Positions 1 through 12,600 of a stretch of DNA of 64,000 bases are shown here, piece by piece. The stretch spans positions 30,814,001 to 30,878,000 of the forward strand of contig OZ116701.1 in assembly GCA_964199315.1 (NCBI GenBank). The letters are read 5' to 3'. Both the position numbers and the translations under genes were made by a program. The stretch comes from Orbicella franksi. Its lineage: Eukaryota. The notes beneath the pieces are model-generated. The model made no database searches, was not told where the DNA came from, and saw only the letters and a list, made by a program, of their open reading frames with translations. Position 1 is the first letter of the stretch; each line of letters opens with the position of its first letter.

Positions 1-418
1 ACCGGTTTGACCATTATCTAACAAGAGGTGTCCGCCATTGAAAAACAAAAATTAAATCCAGCCGGTCTCAGAAACTCATTTAACCGGTTTGACAATGACG
101 TCAGTGCTTTCTCATTGGCTCACAGCCAAGCCTTTGTTTGTTCGCTTTAGAAGCGCGATACTGCCCGGATTGTTGGGTGGTCCACTAATGCACGCATCTT
201 TCTTAAACACTCAAGTTATATTTGAGAATGAAAATCTTAAAACAAGAACACATCATATAAAATTAAATAATCTTCCTCAAAGCCTCTCCAACATCTCATT
301 AATCCCCAGTTACTCTGACTTGGTCTAGGATCTAAGCAATATTTTCCGAAGTACATACATGTAGTGTATTTGCAAGTGACAAGAAAATCTTTCTTCTAAA
401 ACATTTCTAAAAACGCAC

Positions 419-652
419 CTTTTCTTGGTCTTTCTTGTCAGCACGTCGAGCCAAAACTAAACTAACAAAATACACTCCGTATATACAAAACACCACAGCC
501 ATTACAAAGTTTCCAGTCTCTCCCTGTTCACCAAACTGAACCCAAACTTTGTCAAAGTCGATGGGATTTGCGGCCACAAAAAAGTCTCCGCCAAATGCTG
601 ATAGATGATTACACAGGCAGTGAAGTCTGCGTATATTAGTTTTTGAGCCAAC
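419..652 (-). CDS. Gene B GPS C-terminal half and TM1 (absent from the ORF track)
   Basis: VGSKTNIRRLHCLCNHLSAFGGDFFVAANPIDFDKVW...VFCIYGVYFVSLVLARRADKKDQEK, with a TAG acceptor and a GTGCGT donor. Confidence 0.93.
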
Positions 653-3600
653 CTACCATAAATAATAAACAAAACGTTTATAGTTCTGTAACGTCTGTTC
701 CGTATAAATGATACTCAGTAAATAGCAGTGGATAATGCTGATGTTCAGCATGAGTATCCGATTCACAGTCTTAAGTTCCACTTTTCAATTAACCCTCAGA
801 CCTACTGGAGGGCATGCAAAGCCCAGCCCTACCGGCCCCAACAGTTGATTAGTAACTGTCAACTATCGCTTATGATAAATGAGTAATCGGTGAATAATCG
901 ATAGGCCACAAGAAAACTGCCATCGATTAGACATTAACCTCATGATCAGTCATTGAGTACATTGATTAGTCCTCTGCGCGACATAGGTTTTTGGTAACAC
1001 AAACTATGATAAATCCAAAATAAAGAAAAAAAACAACAAATGAGGGGAAAAGACGCCGTAAACTTGCCGTAAATAAAGATAAGTGAATTTTTTTTTTAAA
1101 ATGACGAGAACATTGTCAATAGCTTTTATCGCTTTTTAATTGGCTACTTAAAGAAGTCCATAAAATCTCATTGGTTAAAAAGTTGACAGTTCGACAGCTG
1201 AAAGTTGAACCTGAAAGCTGCATAAATGAAAATTTTATCCGTCTATACTCTTATTGATGATAAAAAAGGCCAATCAACCCGCGAGAAATTAGACAGTTGT
1301 AAAAATTGCAATAGACGAGAGGAGAATCGATTACTTTGAATTCAGTTACTTTCCTCGTTTAACCTTACATGTACAATTCCTCTTTGCGTATTATTACTCA
1401 TTAACCTAATTAAGCAATAGACCACAAGTTTTTATGGTTTATAGGCTGATAAACCACGCGGGATGTTAGAAGAACACGAGAAGAATTCGCAAATCACGAG
1501 CCGCAGGTGAGTGATTTACGAATTCTTCTCGTGTTCTTCTAACATCCCAAGTGGTTTATCATACCTCCAAACCATAAAAACTTGTGGTCTATTGCTTTTA
1601 TATAATAATTCAGAAGACACGCGAAATTTCTATGAGTTTACTGGCACAATAAACCATAGCTGACTGACTGACCAATCTGAGCGCGCGCATTCATTTAATT
1701 GTTATATAAAGAGTTATAACAGGAAAGTCAGCTATAATAAAAGAAAATGTCGGAAACGTGATACATGTGCAGCATTTAATGATTAGAAAACATGTACCGT
1801 GTTTCTATCGAGTTATAGAAACACGAGTGAAAGTTTGGGAGAACGAGAAATGCTGTGTGTTTCCACAGCTTATTCGAGTTCTACCAAACTTTCAATCGTG
1901 TTTCTATAACTCGGTAGAAACACGGAGAACGTGTTTTCTATTTCTTTTAGAAAACACTGCGACAAAAAAAAGGAAAACAACTTGTTCACTTTGATCAAAA
2001 TGTAAATTTTCTTTGCACGCGCCATCATTACGTCAACAGCTCGTGCTAGTTCTGTGTTTTCATCGAGTAATAGAGACACGATTTTTAACCAATCAGCGCG
2101 CGTATTTTCTTACGACTGTTTTCTAAAATAATATATCTGATCATCGTAAAAATCAATAATTAATCAATTGATTACTCACTGATCGCTCGCTGATGTCACT
2201 GATTGTTAAGTCTTGTTCTAATTGCAGTAATAATCACCCTAATCACCTTACATCCGTCGTTTGTCCATTGTTGTTTCTCCTTCGACCAATACAAACAGCT
2301 ACTGATCCATACAGACATCGTGTAGTTAACATCAACAGTTGAGTTGTATGGCGGTTTGATGATCTTTGGTTTGGGTTGAGGGGTGTTTGGAGGATCTTTC
2401 ACTCCAATACAGGAACGCTTTTTGCGACCACTCTTACTATTACAGATGGATCGCGAATGGCGTCTGTGAACATTCCCTTTTGAACTTGTGTCATTCATTC
2501 TCAGATCGCCAGAGGAGTTCTTATACAACAAAATTCCAATGTAATGATCTCCTGATGCACCAGTCAGACTGCTTGACACAAGCAATCTGTAGGGCGATAT
2601 GGAACTGCACTGCTCGGAGTCAGTACTAGAAGCAACCTTTCTGCAATATGAATAATTGGGTACATACGTACTATAGGTGTAGTTCTCGGGAGTAGGCCTG
2701 AATCCAGCACTAATAAAAACATCTAAGAAATTGTTTTCTACAGGTACAATATTAATAACAGCAACTGCTCCATCAGATGGAATAACTATTTTGTGGTAGC
2801 GAATATTTTCAAAACTATTGCTCCATTTCACGAAAAAGTTGTCATCTGTCCCTTGCTTTTTCTGGTTTTTTAACGGAATAAACAGTTCAAAGGGCTCCTC
2901 AAGCTGGGAAAACTGAACATGACTCCCATTTGTCTTTATGCTGACGTCCAGCACGTCTGATGTGACGTTCTCAGAAGTTATGTCCCAAAGGAATGGGTTT
3001 GATTCAAATGTTATTACCTGTAGAGGAATTGAGAACAGTTGTAATGTTATATTTCTTCGTGACGGTAATTCCAGCTCTCAGGTGACATCTGCCCCCTTTT
3101 TACTTGCATCATATTAAAAGAGCAAATTTGGCCAACCGTCTTTGCAGGGGAATTTCTCATTCGGTTCAGGGCGGGAGGGGAGAGGTTGGGGTGGCTTGAG
3201 CTTTGCGGCAATTTCTTTGGTCGCCGCCCTCTTTCTAAATTTTGCATCCACACTTAATTGACATGCTGGATTTTCGAGATCGGAAACCAAGTTTATTTGA
3301 AGTAGCAGTTACGGTAGTAGTAACATCAATTTTTATTGATACATAATAAGTTTACAAGCTTTAGTACCTCGCAGCAAGCAAAGCTATTCGGGGCGAGCTA
3401 CTATTACTGTAAACAATATCCAGTTTAATAAAAAGAGAGAATAAGAAAAAAAAAGTATTAAAGAAATTTGAGTAAATAAACAAAATTAAACCAAAATATT
3501 ACCCTTAACGCTAACTTGTCAATCTATTTGTTAAAAAAAATTCTGAGTAGCAGTTAAGAGAAAGGAAAAAAGAAAATATGGCAAAATGTTTGTGAAGCAA

Positions 3601-6600
3601 AGTTAATGAGCCTCTGTTTGGGTATTTTTACATGGAAGTGACAGAACACGCTACATCTCTTGGACGTGACAAACCTCTAAAGGTTAACGTGAGCCCTTTT
3701 CCTCAGAAAGGGCTAAATTTTGTCTAAATCGTAAACTTCGTCTAAGTCGTCAATTTCGTCTAAGTCGTAAATTTCATCTAAGGGATAAATTTCGTCTGAG
3801 TCGTAAATTTCGTCTTAATGGGAAATTTCGTCTAATACGTCACTTTCGTCTAAGGGGTAAATTTCGTCTACGTCGTAAATTTTGTCTATTATGAAAGCAC
3901 AATTTTGCTGAAAACTCGACGATTTGATGAAGGTCAACGAAGTCTACTCGCGCAAACTAAGGCTCATTAATAGCAAAGTAAAATGGTCAGAAATTGGCGG
4001 CTGAGAAACTCGGCTGGCTAGAATTAGCCCGAGGAAACAAAAGAGAATCCTATATGTGAGTGTTCGACGAGCTACTCCACTACCGTCTTAAATCTGGCCG
4101 AGCGATGGCGAGTTTGTGTGTGTGTGTGTGAAAGTAGTGAGAAAGAGAAGAATTTATTCATTGTATAAACAATTTGCACTTATCCACTAGCCCCGAAATG
4201 CGTTAACAAATGCCTATGTGTTAAACCTGAAACGGTCTGTTGATCGATTTAATTCGTTCCAGAGAACAGAACCAAAAATGACAACATTGATCGCTTACCT
4301 GGACATCTAACGAATGTACGGGGACCGGGAAGTTCTTGGTCAGTACTTTCTGCGATGGAAAAGATATACCACTATGGCCATCGGGCACTTGAAGAAGTTT
4401 TCTTACCAACACGGACGGAGTCTGTCGGTCAAGAACCATGGAGAGTTCCTCTGTTTTAAACACGCTGGGTTCTGCCTCACCAACAACTTTGGTGGATAGT
4501 AAGGCAGTGCCGAGTTTGTCCATTAATGCGACTGACTGTTCGATCATAATTGGTTTCTCCTTCAAAATGATAACGATAAAGAAACAATAAGTATAACGAT
4601 AAGGAGTACTATAAAGATAGCGACAGTGATAACGATAATGATAACGATGGCGAGAGCGAGAGGGAGAGATAGAGAGCGATAGTAGCAATGAGAAGAAACA
4701 AAAGGACTAGAAGAGCGATGACGACATAACGATAAGTACAGCGACGATAGCCGACGACAGCGCACGACAGCGATAACGACGGCGATAACGATAAAAATGA
4801 CGATAATAGCGATAACGATAAAAGTAACGATATATAACGATAGTAATTGTAACATTAGCATTCATGAGCGGGAAGATGCATGCGGTGCAAATCATTGCAT
4901 TGTCAAGCTAGGGCAGATCATTTTTTGTATTTTACTAATTTTTATTGATTTAAAGCTATTTACTTACAATTGTTTATAAATTGATGATGACAATGAACAA
5001 CTTCTCTACATCTCTTCTTGATTTCTTACATTCCGTGATCGAAGCTAGTGCTATGAAGAAGTCATTACGTATGGGAAAGCCAGGCTTGCTTAAGATTTCG
5101 TAAAGATTTCAATAGAATCTGGCTAAGTAAATTTGATTACCTCTTAAGAGTATTTAATACCTCGCACCTTAATTAATTTTGCATCGAACTTTTCAAGCTG
5201 CCCATTACTCTTCACTGCCTTGCCAATTTGTTTTGCGTCCGTCTGTTCACTGTTCGTGGTTAAAATGTTAAGAACGTAGGACATTCCGTTAAGAAGACCA
5301 GCTCCAACCTGTTGAATCAAGTCTACATCTTGGCTGTGTCTAGCTTCTGTATTTAAGCGATTTGTCATCGATTGAAGCAAAGTAGCAGCATTCCTCTGAA
5401 GACAAATTAAAAGACTGCTAAGTATGAAAAGAAAGACCTGACTCCTTTTATTGAGGGTACGTGCACAAGTTGTAGCTTATGTATCTCTTAACCACGTTTA
5501 CAATGGAATTTTATCACCTCATAACTAAACTCACAAATTTGTGAATATTCTAAAAAAAATTCAAAATTGTAAATTTTGGAAGATTTTAAAACGATTGTGA
5601 ATTTTAAAACAGATTAAAATCCGTAAGATACCTATTTTAATTTTTTTTAAATTTTGTATTTGGAATGTTCATTTAGTGTCTACAATTAGTTAATATCTAG
5701 CTAAACACTCATTCATTAATTCATTCAGTCATTAAAATATTGATCATGGCTGAGTGGCGGTACATTACAAGTAAATAGAACGTTTAATGATATTTACCAA
5801 AGGATACTAAGTTTTCTAAGGAATGATCACTGCAGAAAGTAGTACCATTAAGAAACGCGTATAAAATTGAGATAATCGTCGAGTTAAGGACCTAATGATC
5901 TCACGACGAAGTGTTCAATTTTAATTCTCCTCCTTTACCTCTATACAGCTTCATAGTAATTCGAAATTATTCTCGAATTTTGACTGGTTCTTATGATCAA
6001 TTGAAGGACAGACGCATGAAAGACGTCATTAACATTCTTTGGTTTCCTCATTATATAAAACAAATAGATTCCAGGTTGCCGTGCGTCTTTTTAGTAATTG
6101 ATCTGAGAAGACGTCAAAATGTGGTAACAACATTAGTGACACACTCACTTATCGCCTCGTGCGCCACATTTTGCCGGTTCTTACCACATTTTGACGTCAT
6201 CGGTGATCAATTACTAAACAGACGCACTGCAACATGGAATCTACCTGTTAAATCGAGTTTAATTAATAATTCTGTTTTGCTAATGCAACAATATATTTTA
6301 CCCTCAAATACTAGTTTAAGCTTGGCAAACAGTTGTCTTTGTTAGTTCAATCCAGTTAGTTTTTGTGATACTATTTACTGCGCCTTACCATTGCGTTAAT
6401 TGTCATGTTATTCCTTTGATGAGTTGCTTTGTTTACAACTGCTGAAAGCTGTGTGACTTCCCGAAGCGTCTGCGGTCGAGCTACAGCCAAGTGTCTCAAG
6501 ACTTCGTCCTTTGCCTTCAACGACGACAATAATGTATTAATTAAAATAGGAAACGTTTTAGATACCATGACTATTGCCCGTGCACCGCAAAAAGGGCGTC

Positions 6601-9600
6601 TTACCGACTAGCGACTAGAACCTATCCCATAGGATATTTTATGTTAAAGCCTGATGAGAACTTTCTTTGATGGCTTGAAGAAACCAGTTCCCTTATTTGT
6701 CTTTGAATGGTAAGCCTCGTCTACGTCGTAAAACTCATTTATTGGATGGGCCAAGGTTTTCAACTCTCGGTAGGCGACCATTTAAACATTTACAATTCGA
6801 CATACCTGGCCTGTTTCAATTTCTGTTTACAACTAAGAATAGGATTTGTTTTTCGGCTATTTCGAGCTATTGGCTAAATGCTCACTATAGTAATAGTGCG
6901 GAGAGACAGCTAGACTGCGAAAGTAATTTCTGCTCGTATTTGAATCAGATTGTCACTATACTACACCGCTACCATCTGTTTTACTAATTTGTTATTACTG
7001 AGTTCGTTTCCTCGGAAGACAACCCTACGCCATCAGTGGCTGTGAGAGTGAAATAGGACTCCAAGGTGGCACTTTGCAGGTTTCCAGATCTGAGAAGTTT
7101 AACAGTTGTGCTGTTAGGTCCAAAGATAGCCTTACTGACTGCAGTTATCACCTCCGCCCTGCTGCTGAGGGGTTCGACCTAAATATCAAGATGTTTAACA
7201 ACATTAAGTCTTAAAGTGATAGTCGTTACACTTGTCTGCGGTATAAAGCGACACATAAGAAGCTCAGCCGTTGATACGTTTTGTTAGTTATTTTATTTCG
7301 CCGTTTCTGATTGGCCGAATTCAAATTCCCCGGGGCTTATTTTTCAAGACGGCGATTCCTATACCGTAGTTGTTTGCATCATAATTGTAAATGGACCGAC
7401 AGATGAAGACAATACAGTACAATTTAGACCATACCATACCATACCATACCATACCATACCATACCATACCATACCATACCATACCATACCATACCATACC
7501 ATACCATACCATGCCATACCATAGCTCTTATTAACCGAGCACGGGATAAAAAAAACTGTCGATCTTGGGATCGCCAGAAATGATTTCAGGAAAAGTTTCG
7601 TGGAAGCAATTTCATCACAATAGTATTGTATTGCATTGCATTGCATAGCATTGAATTACATTGCACTGCAGTGCACTGCAGTGCACTGCAACTGCGCTAC
7701 GCTGCGCTGTATTGTATTGTATTGTATTGCATTGTATTGTACTGTATTGTACTGTATTGTATTGTGTTGTACTGTATTGTATTGCACTGCATTACATTGT
7801 ATTGCATTACATTGTATTGCATTTCATTGCATTACACTCTACTGTACTATACTGCATTGTCTTATTGTACTGTACTGTACTATACTGTACGGTAACGTGT
7901 CGTATTGTATTGGGAAATACGTAGCAAAATAATAGCGCGGTATCAGCATGTAGTGCACACTGATTTGAATAATATCGTAATCCGTAAATTTGTAATGCAG
8001 CGCTTTCGCCGGTTGAAACAAGTCCTTTATCGTCAAATTGAGCCACGGTGTTCCCTTCACCCAAGGTGAATAGTACTTGTAAAGTTATTTATTTGCATTT
8101 TTCATATTATCAAGCATTGTGACCATTAATTAAATATTATTACAGGGGGCATGTTTAAGTGCGTTAATGGCACTCAATTTTTACCTGGACGATGACCTGG
8201 ACAGTGTATGCATCACCTAAAGAATCAGAGATTAGCGCCTGTAGCTTCACGACGTAATTCTCAGACTGGTTGCCTTGAGGAAGCCCAGTGATAAAACTTG
8301 ACTCCTTTCCACTGGAAATTATGACAAGACCTTCGGCAGACTGATAACTGTAAATAAAAGAAGATTTGATATATGGTCAGTTATCACGGCCGTTTACTTC
8401 ATAGAATCCTGTCTCTTCGAATATGTTATGTAATATATCAAACACAGAAGACCGTGTTTGAACAGATTTGCAAACACTGAGAAGAGAGTTGAAAATACAA
8501 CGCGTAGCGGAGTATTTTTGACAAACTTCGAGGTGTTTGAAAATGTGGTACGGAGAAAACGGAGAATTACGTCGTAAAAATCTATGCTAATTAGGATGAG
8601 ATATCCAAACACCGTCACGGTCATGATTTCTTTTGTTTAAACTTGATAAATTATTAATGAATTTGAGAAATTAATTTCATATCGCATCCAAAATCATGAT
8701 ATCATTCCTTTCAAGGGTCGTCACCTTAGAAGTCATTCAAGCGTCTTTGATGAAATAACCCCAGATAAATGTCAATTGCGCACAAACGTTTATTGTAAAG
8801 ATCAGTCAATGCAAACGGTTTGAAGATTTTGTAGAATTTTCTTTGATTCCTGTAAATCTGAACTGATTTCAATAGAATTCTATAAAACTTTACCATATAT
8901 CTTATTGACAGAAACAGATAGACGTTTTAGATTCGACATGTAAGTACTGTTCATTTTAAATTTCGTGTAAAGGCGATGTTTTGCTAATTCAATAGTTAAA
9001 AAAAAAAATTACCGTCTCATCCTCTACTGCACTGTGTGGTAAAATAGTCAGTTTAAAAATGCTAACTGAGTTTTTCTTAAAATAGATTTTACAATGCGGA
9101 CATGATTCTCAGAATATATTCCTTTGGTTCTTATATATTCTGAGAAAACTGTTGTAATTGTTCAAAATTGTGAGGTGTATTTTGCAGGAACTTGCACTGA
9201 AATCTCACCTCAGCTGATAGCTAAGGGGCAGATCCTCATCTTCCCAACCGTAACACGTGACATTAAACTCCGTCTTAAGGACACGGCCTTTCTTAGGATG
9301 GATATCACACCCCAATTTGTGGTCAGGATTGCTTGGAGGTGAATTTGTGTAAAATATCATTTCACCTGATTCTACAATTCCTTCACGAAGGAGGACAGAT
9401 GCTACGACCTTGTACTTAGATTTTTGCTCCAGTGGTTTCTTTGAACCAGAGAAGGCGATGTTAGTACTGTCCAAATTGGTGAGTGTATAACTTTCAAGGT
9501 TTTGAACTTTCAGCCAAGATGGGCCATTTCCTAAAAGGGTAAACTGGTACAAAGCCCAGCTGTAACTGATATCCTCGAGACAGTATGGTCCACTGCATAT

Positions 9601-12600
9601 GGCCTCTATGATCATTCGCTTGTTCGTGCTGACTTTGCTACCGCAATTGATGGTACATCTGTTGGTAAAGTAAAGAGAATACCAACAACAATCATCAGAG
9701 AGACCGAACATAACTAGTGCCACACAAATTACACAAGAGCAATATATTACGAGAGATTAAGGGCTCCACAGCCTTGGTATAAGGACGGCGTTAAACCAGT
9801 ATTACTTGCGGCATACAAATAAGCCTCCCACGAGAAAAGTAGTATTGCTTGATCACTTTGTATATTCCTGATGGAAGCAGAATTTTGCCGTTTAATGAGA
9901 GTTGAATGAATGAGTAAGGTAATTGTTTTGTTCTTGTTCTTGTCGAGGCTTGGATGCAAAGGCTATTGATTGGATTCAGCCGTTTTTCAACATGACATAC
10001 TTTTTTCTTACCACGTGCTAGGTTGTCAATTGATTGCGCAAGTTCAGCATCAGCAAGAACAAAGATCTCTTACAGCGCTTATTTGCACACTCTCTTCTTT
10101 CGACCATCATGCATAGCATGTATACTTAATGTTGCTCTCTAAATTAATCTTCAATTCAATCAATTTTTGTCTCCGTACATTCTGAAGCTCTGTTGGGAAT
10201 GAATAATGTCTCAAAAATAGCGGACTTCAGAATCAATTATTATATATAACTATGGTAATAATATTTTTTATGACATCGTATTTATTATCTAGAACCTAAG
10301 GTCTATCAAGGAAAATAACCTTTTTAATCTTTCCTATTATCAGATGTAAATTTGTACCTCTTACCTTAAAGAAATAACATACGGAGGAAACACAGCCAGG
10401 GTATGAGTGGCTCTAGATACCCTACGATCTTTGGTAATAACCAATTCAAAGAGGTAAGTCTGATTTGCTTCCATGCTATCTACATCCACTTTAATAATCG
10501 GCTTGGCACTACTTAGCTTCCCTGAATGGTGACCATAGCAGCCACTCGGGCCCTCCTTCGTGACGTTGCCATCCACTCTCTTGCAGTACCAGCTGAAGCT
10601 TAATCCACTGCTGTTGTTAAGTCGAGTATTGGGATCATAAGAGCTTGATGCGTCTAACGTAACACTGCCATTTCCCTTTATTGCAGCACTACTACCAGCA
10701 ATCTGTACAACCAAAGGTGGATAAACAATACGGACATAGCCAAAGTCGTACGTTTCTACTCCATCATCGCCTGACCGAGTTTTGATGAATGCAACGCATC
10801 TGATGTACAGGTAGCCCTCGTCGAACTCTCTCCCTTTTAATTGCAGTTTTCCTGTTTTGTTGTTAAATGCATCACCATGGACAACAAAGCGCCCAAACTC
10901 GCTTGACTTATCACTTGCTTTCGCAATTTCCCATTTGAAGTTCAAGGACTCTTCACAGTTTCCCTGACTTGTTTCAGCGTAAATAGTTATGTTTTGAGTG
11001 GTGTATAGTACAGTAGCTTCCTTGAGTGTTTTCTTTATAGAGATGTTAACTTGCGGATAGAAGCACTGGCATTTTACTGGTAACGTTAAAGTAAATACGA
11101 GATTTACTAAGGGAATTGAAGTTTTTTTCAAATAACTGTAGTAAGATCATATCACTATGGCTGAATAATTTGGAGAAAGATTAACGACTTAAAACATAAT
11201 TTTACAGCATTAAAGAGTCAGGGCCAGGAGGAATTTCAAGCCGAAGAAAACAGTGAACTTGATGGTGAAATGTTTTTGTGGCAGTGGTGGATTTAAACTG
11301 TAGTGGACAATAAAAGAGAGGGGTGAATAGGGGTATGCAAATCCGCTGATCCGTGCCTTTTATTTCGCCAAATCCGTCGATCCACCAATATTTTTGTTCA
11401 AATCTGACACCACAAACACATTCGGAATCAGAAGTTCAAAGGCAAACTGGTAAATTTGAATGCTATTGTTAATTTCGCACAAATAGTAAAGAAGGCAACA
11501 TGCTTGATCACTATAACACAGTACAATTCCAATAACAGTCTCACGCCTGAGTTTAAATGAGATCTGTTCGAAAAAAGAAATAATTTGAATGAACTCGTTA
11601 ACATCCCGACCAAGGCTGAAGAAGGATTTATGATCCAAATTTCGTTAAGTACCCAAGATCCAAACATCAAGAAAGGCACAATCCGGAATCCGCCCCAAAA
11701 TTCACAGCTGATCTACGATCCACTGTGATTTCAAAATCCGCGAATCCGCTCGATTTATCGCAAAAATCCACAATCCATGCGCTTTTTAAGACCAAGTCTG
11801 TCGATCCGAAAACCTATTCACCCTCCTCATAAAAACTCAACCAACGGCAATTACAGGCTCTTTTATCTCAAAGCGGACGCTGGAATGACTTATTCTCGTT
11901 CTGCTCTGTGATTGGTAAATTTTTGCTTCATGTTCCTCCTTTGTTGGGCCTTATATATAAAATCTTTACTCTCTGTGCAAAAATGCTAAAAATATATTTG
12001 CTTACATGGAAATCTGAACAACACATCAAGGTTGCTTTTTTCTGTGTTCAGCTTCGCTACCAAGTTTTTCTCGCTGGATTTTAAACAAAGAATTTTCATT
12101 TCGGCGGTGAGGACTGTATAGCCAAAGGAAGATCTGTGAGGGCTGCAAAGACAAACGAAAAATGACGTTGTTACTCAAGTAGACTGGCGTTAATCGTTGC
12201 TGTTGATGTTGACTAACGTTAGGGGATTATCACGTGCGTTATGGTATGATTGCGTGCTTTGGGGGATGATTGCGTGCGTTAGGGGATGATTACGTGCGTT
12301 AGGAGATGATTGCGTGCTTTATGGGATGATTGCGTGCGTTAGGGGCAAAAAATGACCGGGGAGGCAAAGAAGAGTTCTTAATGATGGCTGCCAGAGAAAT
12401 TGTTAGAGCAAGCTGTTTTAAGCCTCGCTCCCGCACAAGCGAGTCAAAGCAAACAAGAAATAGATTATCAAATTGATTTTACATGCAATCTTTAAGCAAT
12501 GAAGAACATGTATTTGTAAAGATAAGTGCGGATGCTTACGATTTCTATGACAACCAAATGGTTAATTTGACAAGACAGTTTTTACATCAGGATCGGAAGT

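Noticed and set aside
3714-3889. Regular repeat arrays (also 12221-12345 and 36796-36915) as possible CRISPR-like arrays
   Set aside because: They are head-to-tail minisatellites with no unique spacers, in eukaryotic introns, and no cas genes are present.
4562-4979. Hydrophobic ORFs that look like membrane proteins
   Set aside because: Translations of the GATAAC-type repeat.
7321-8064. Cluster of ORFs (MVWYG..., YCIVL..., MKGTPWL...)
   Set aside because: Products of pentanucleotide satellites. The gene B frame closes without an exon here (8185-8347 joins 6999-7178 in phase 0).
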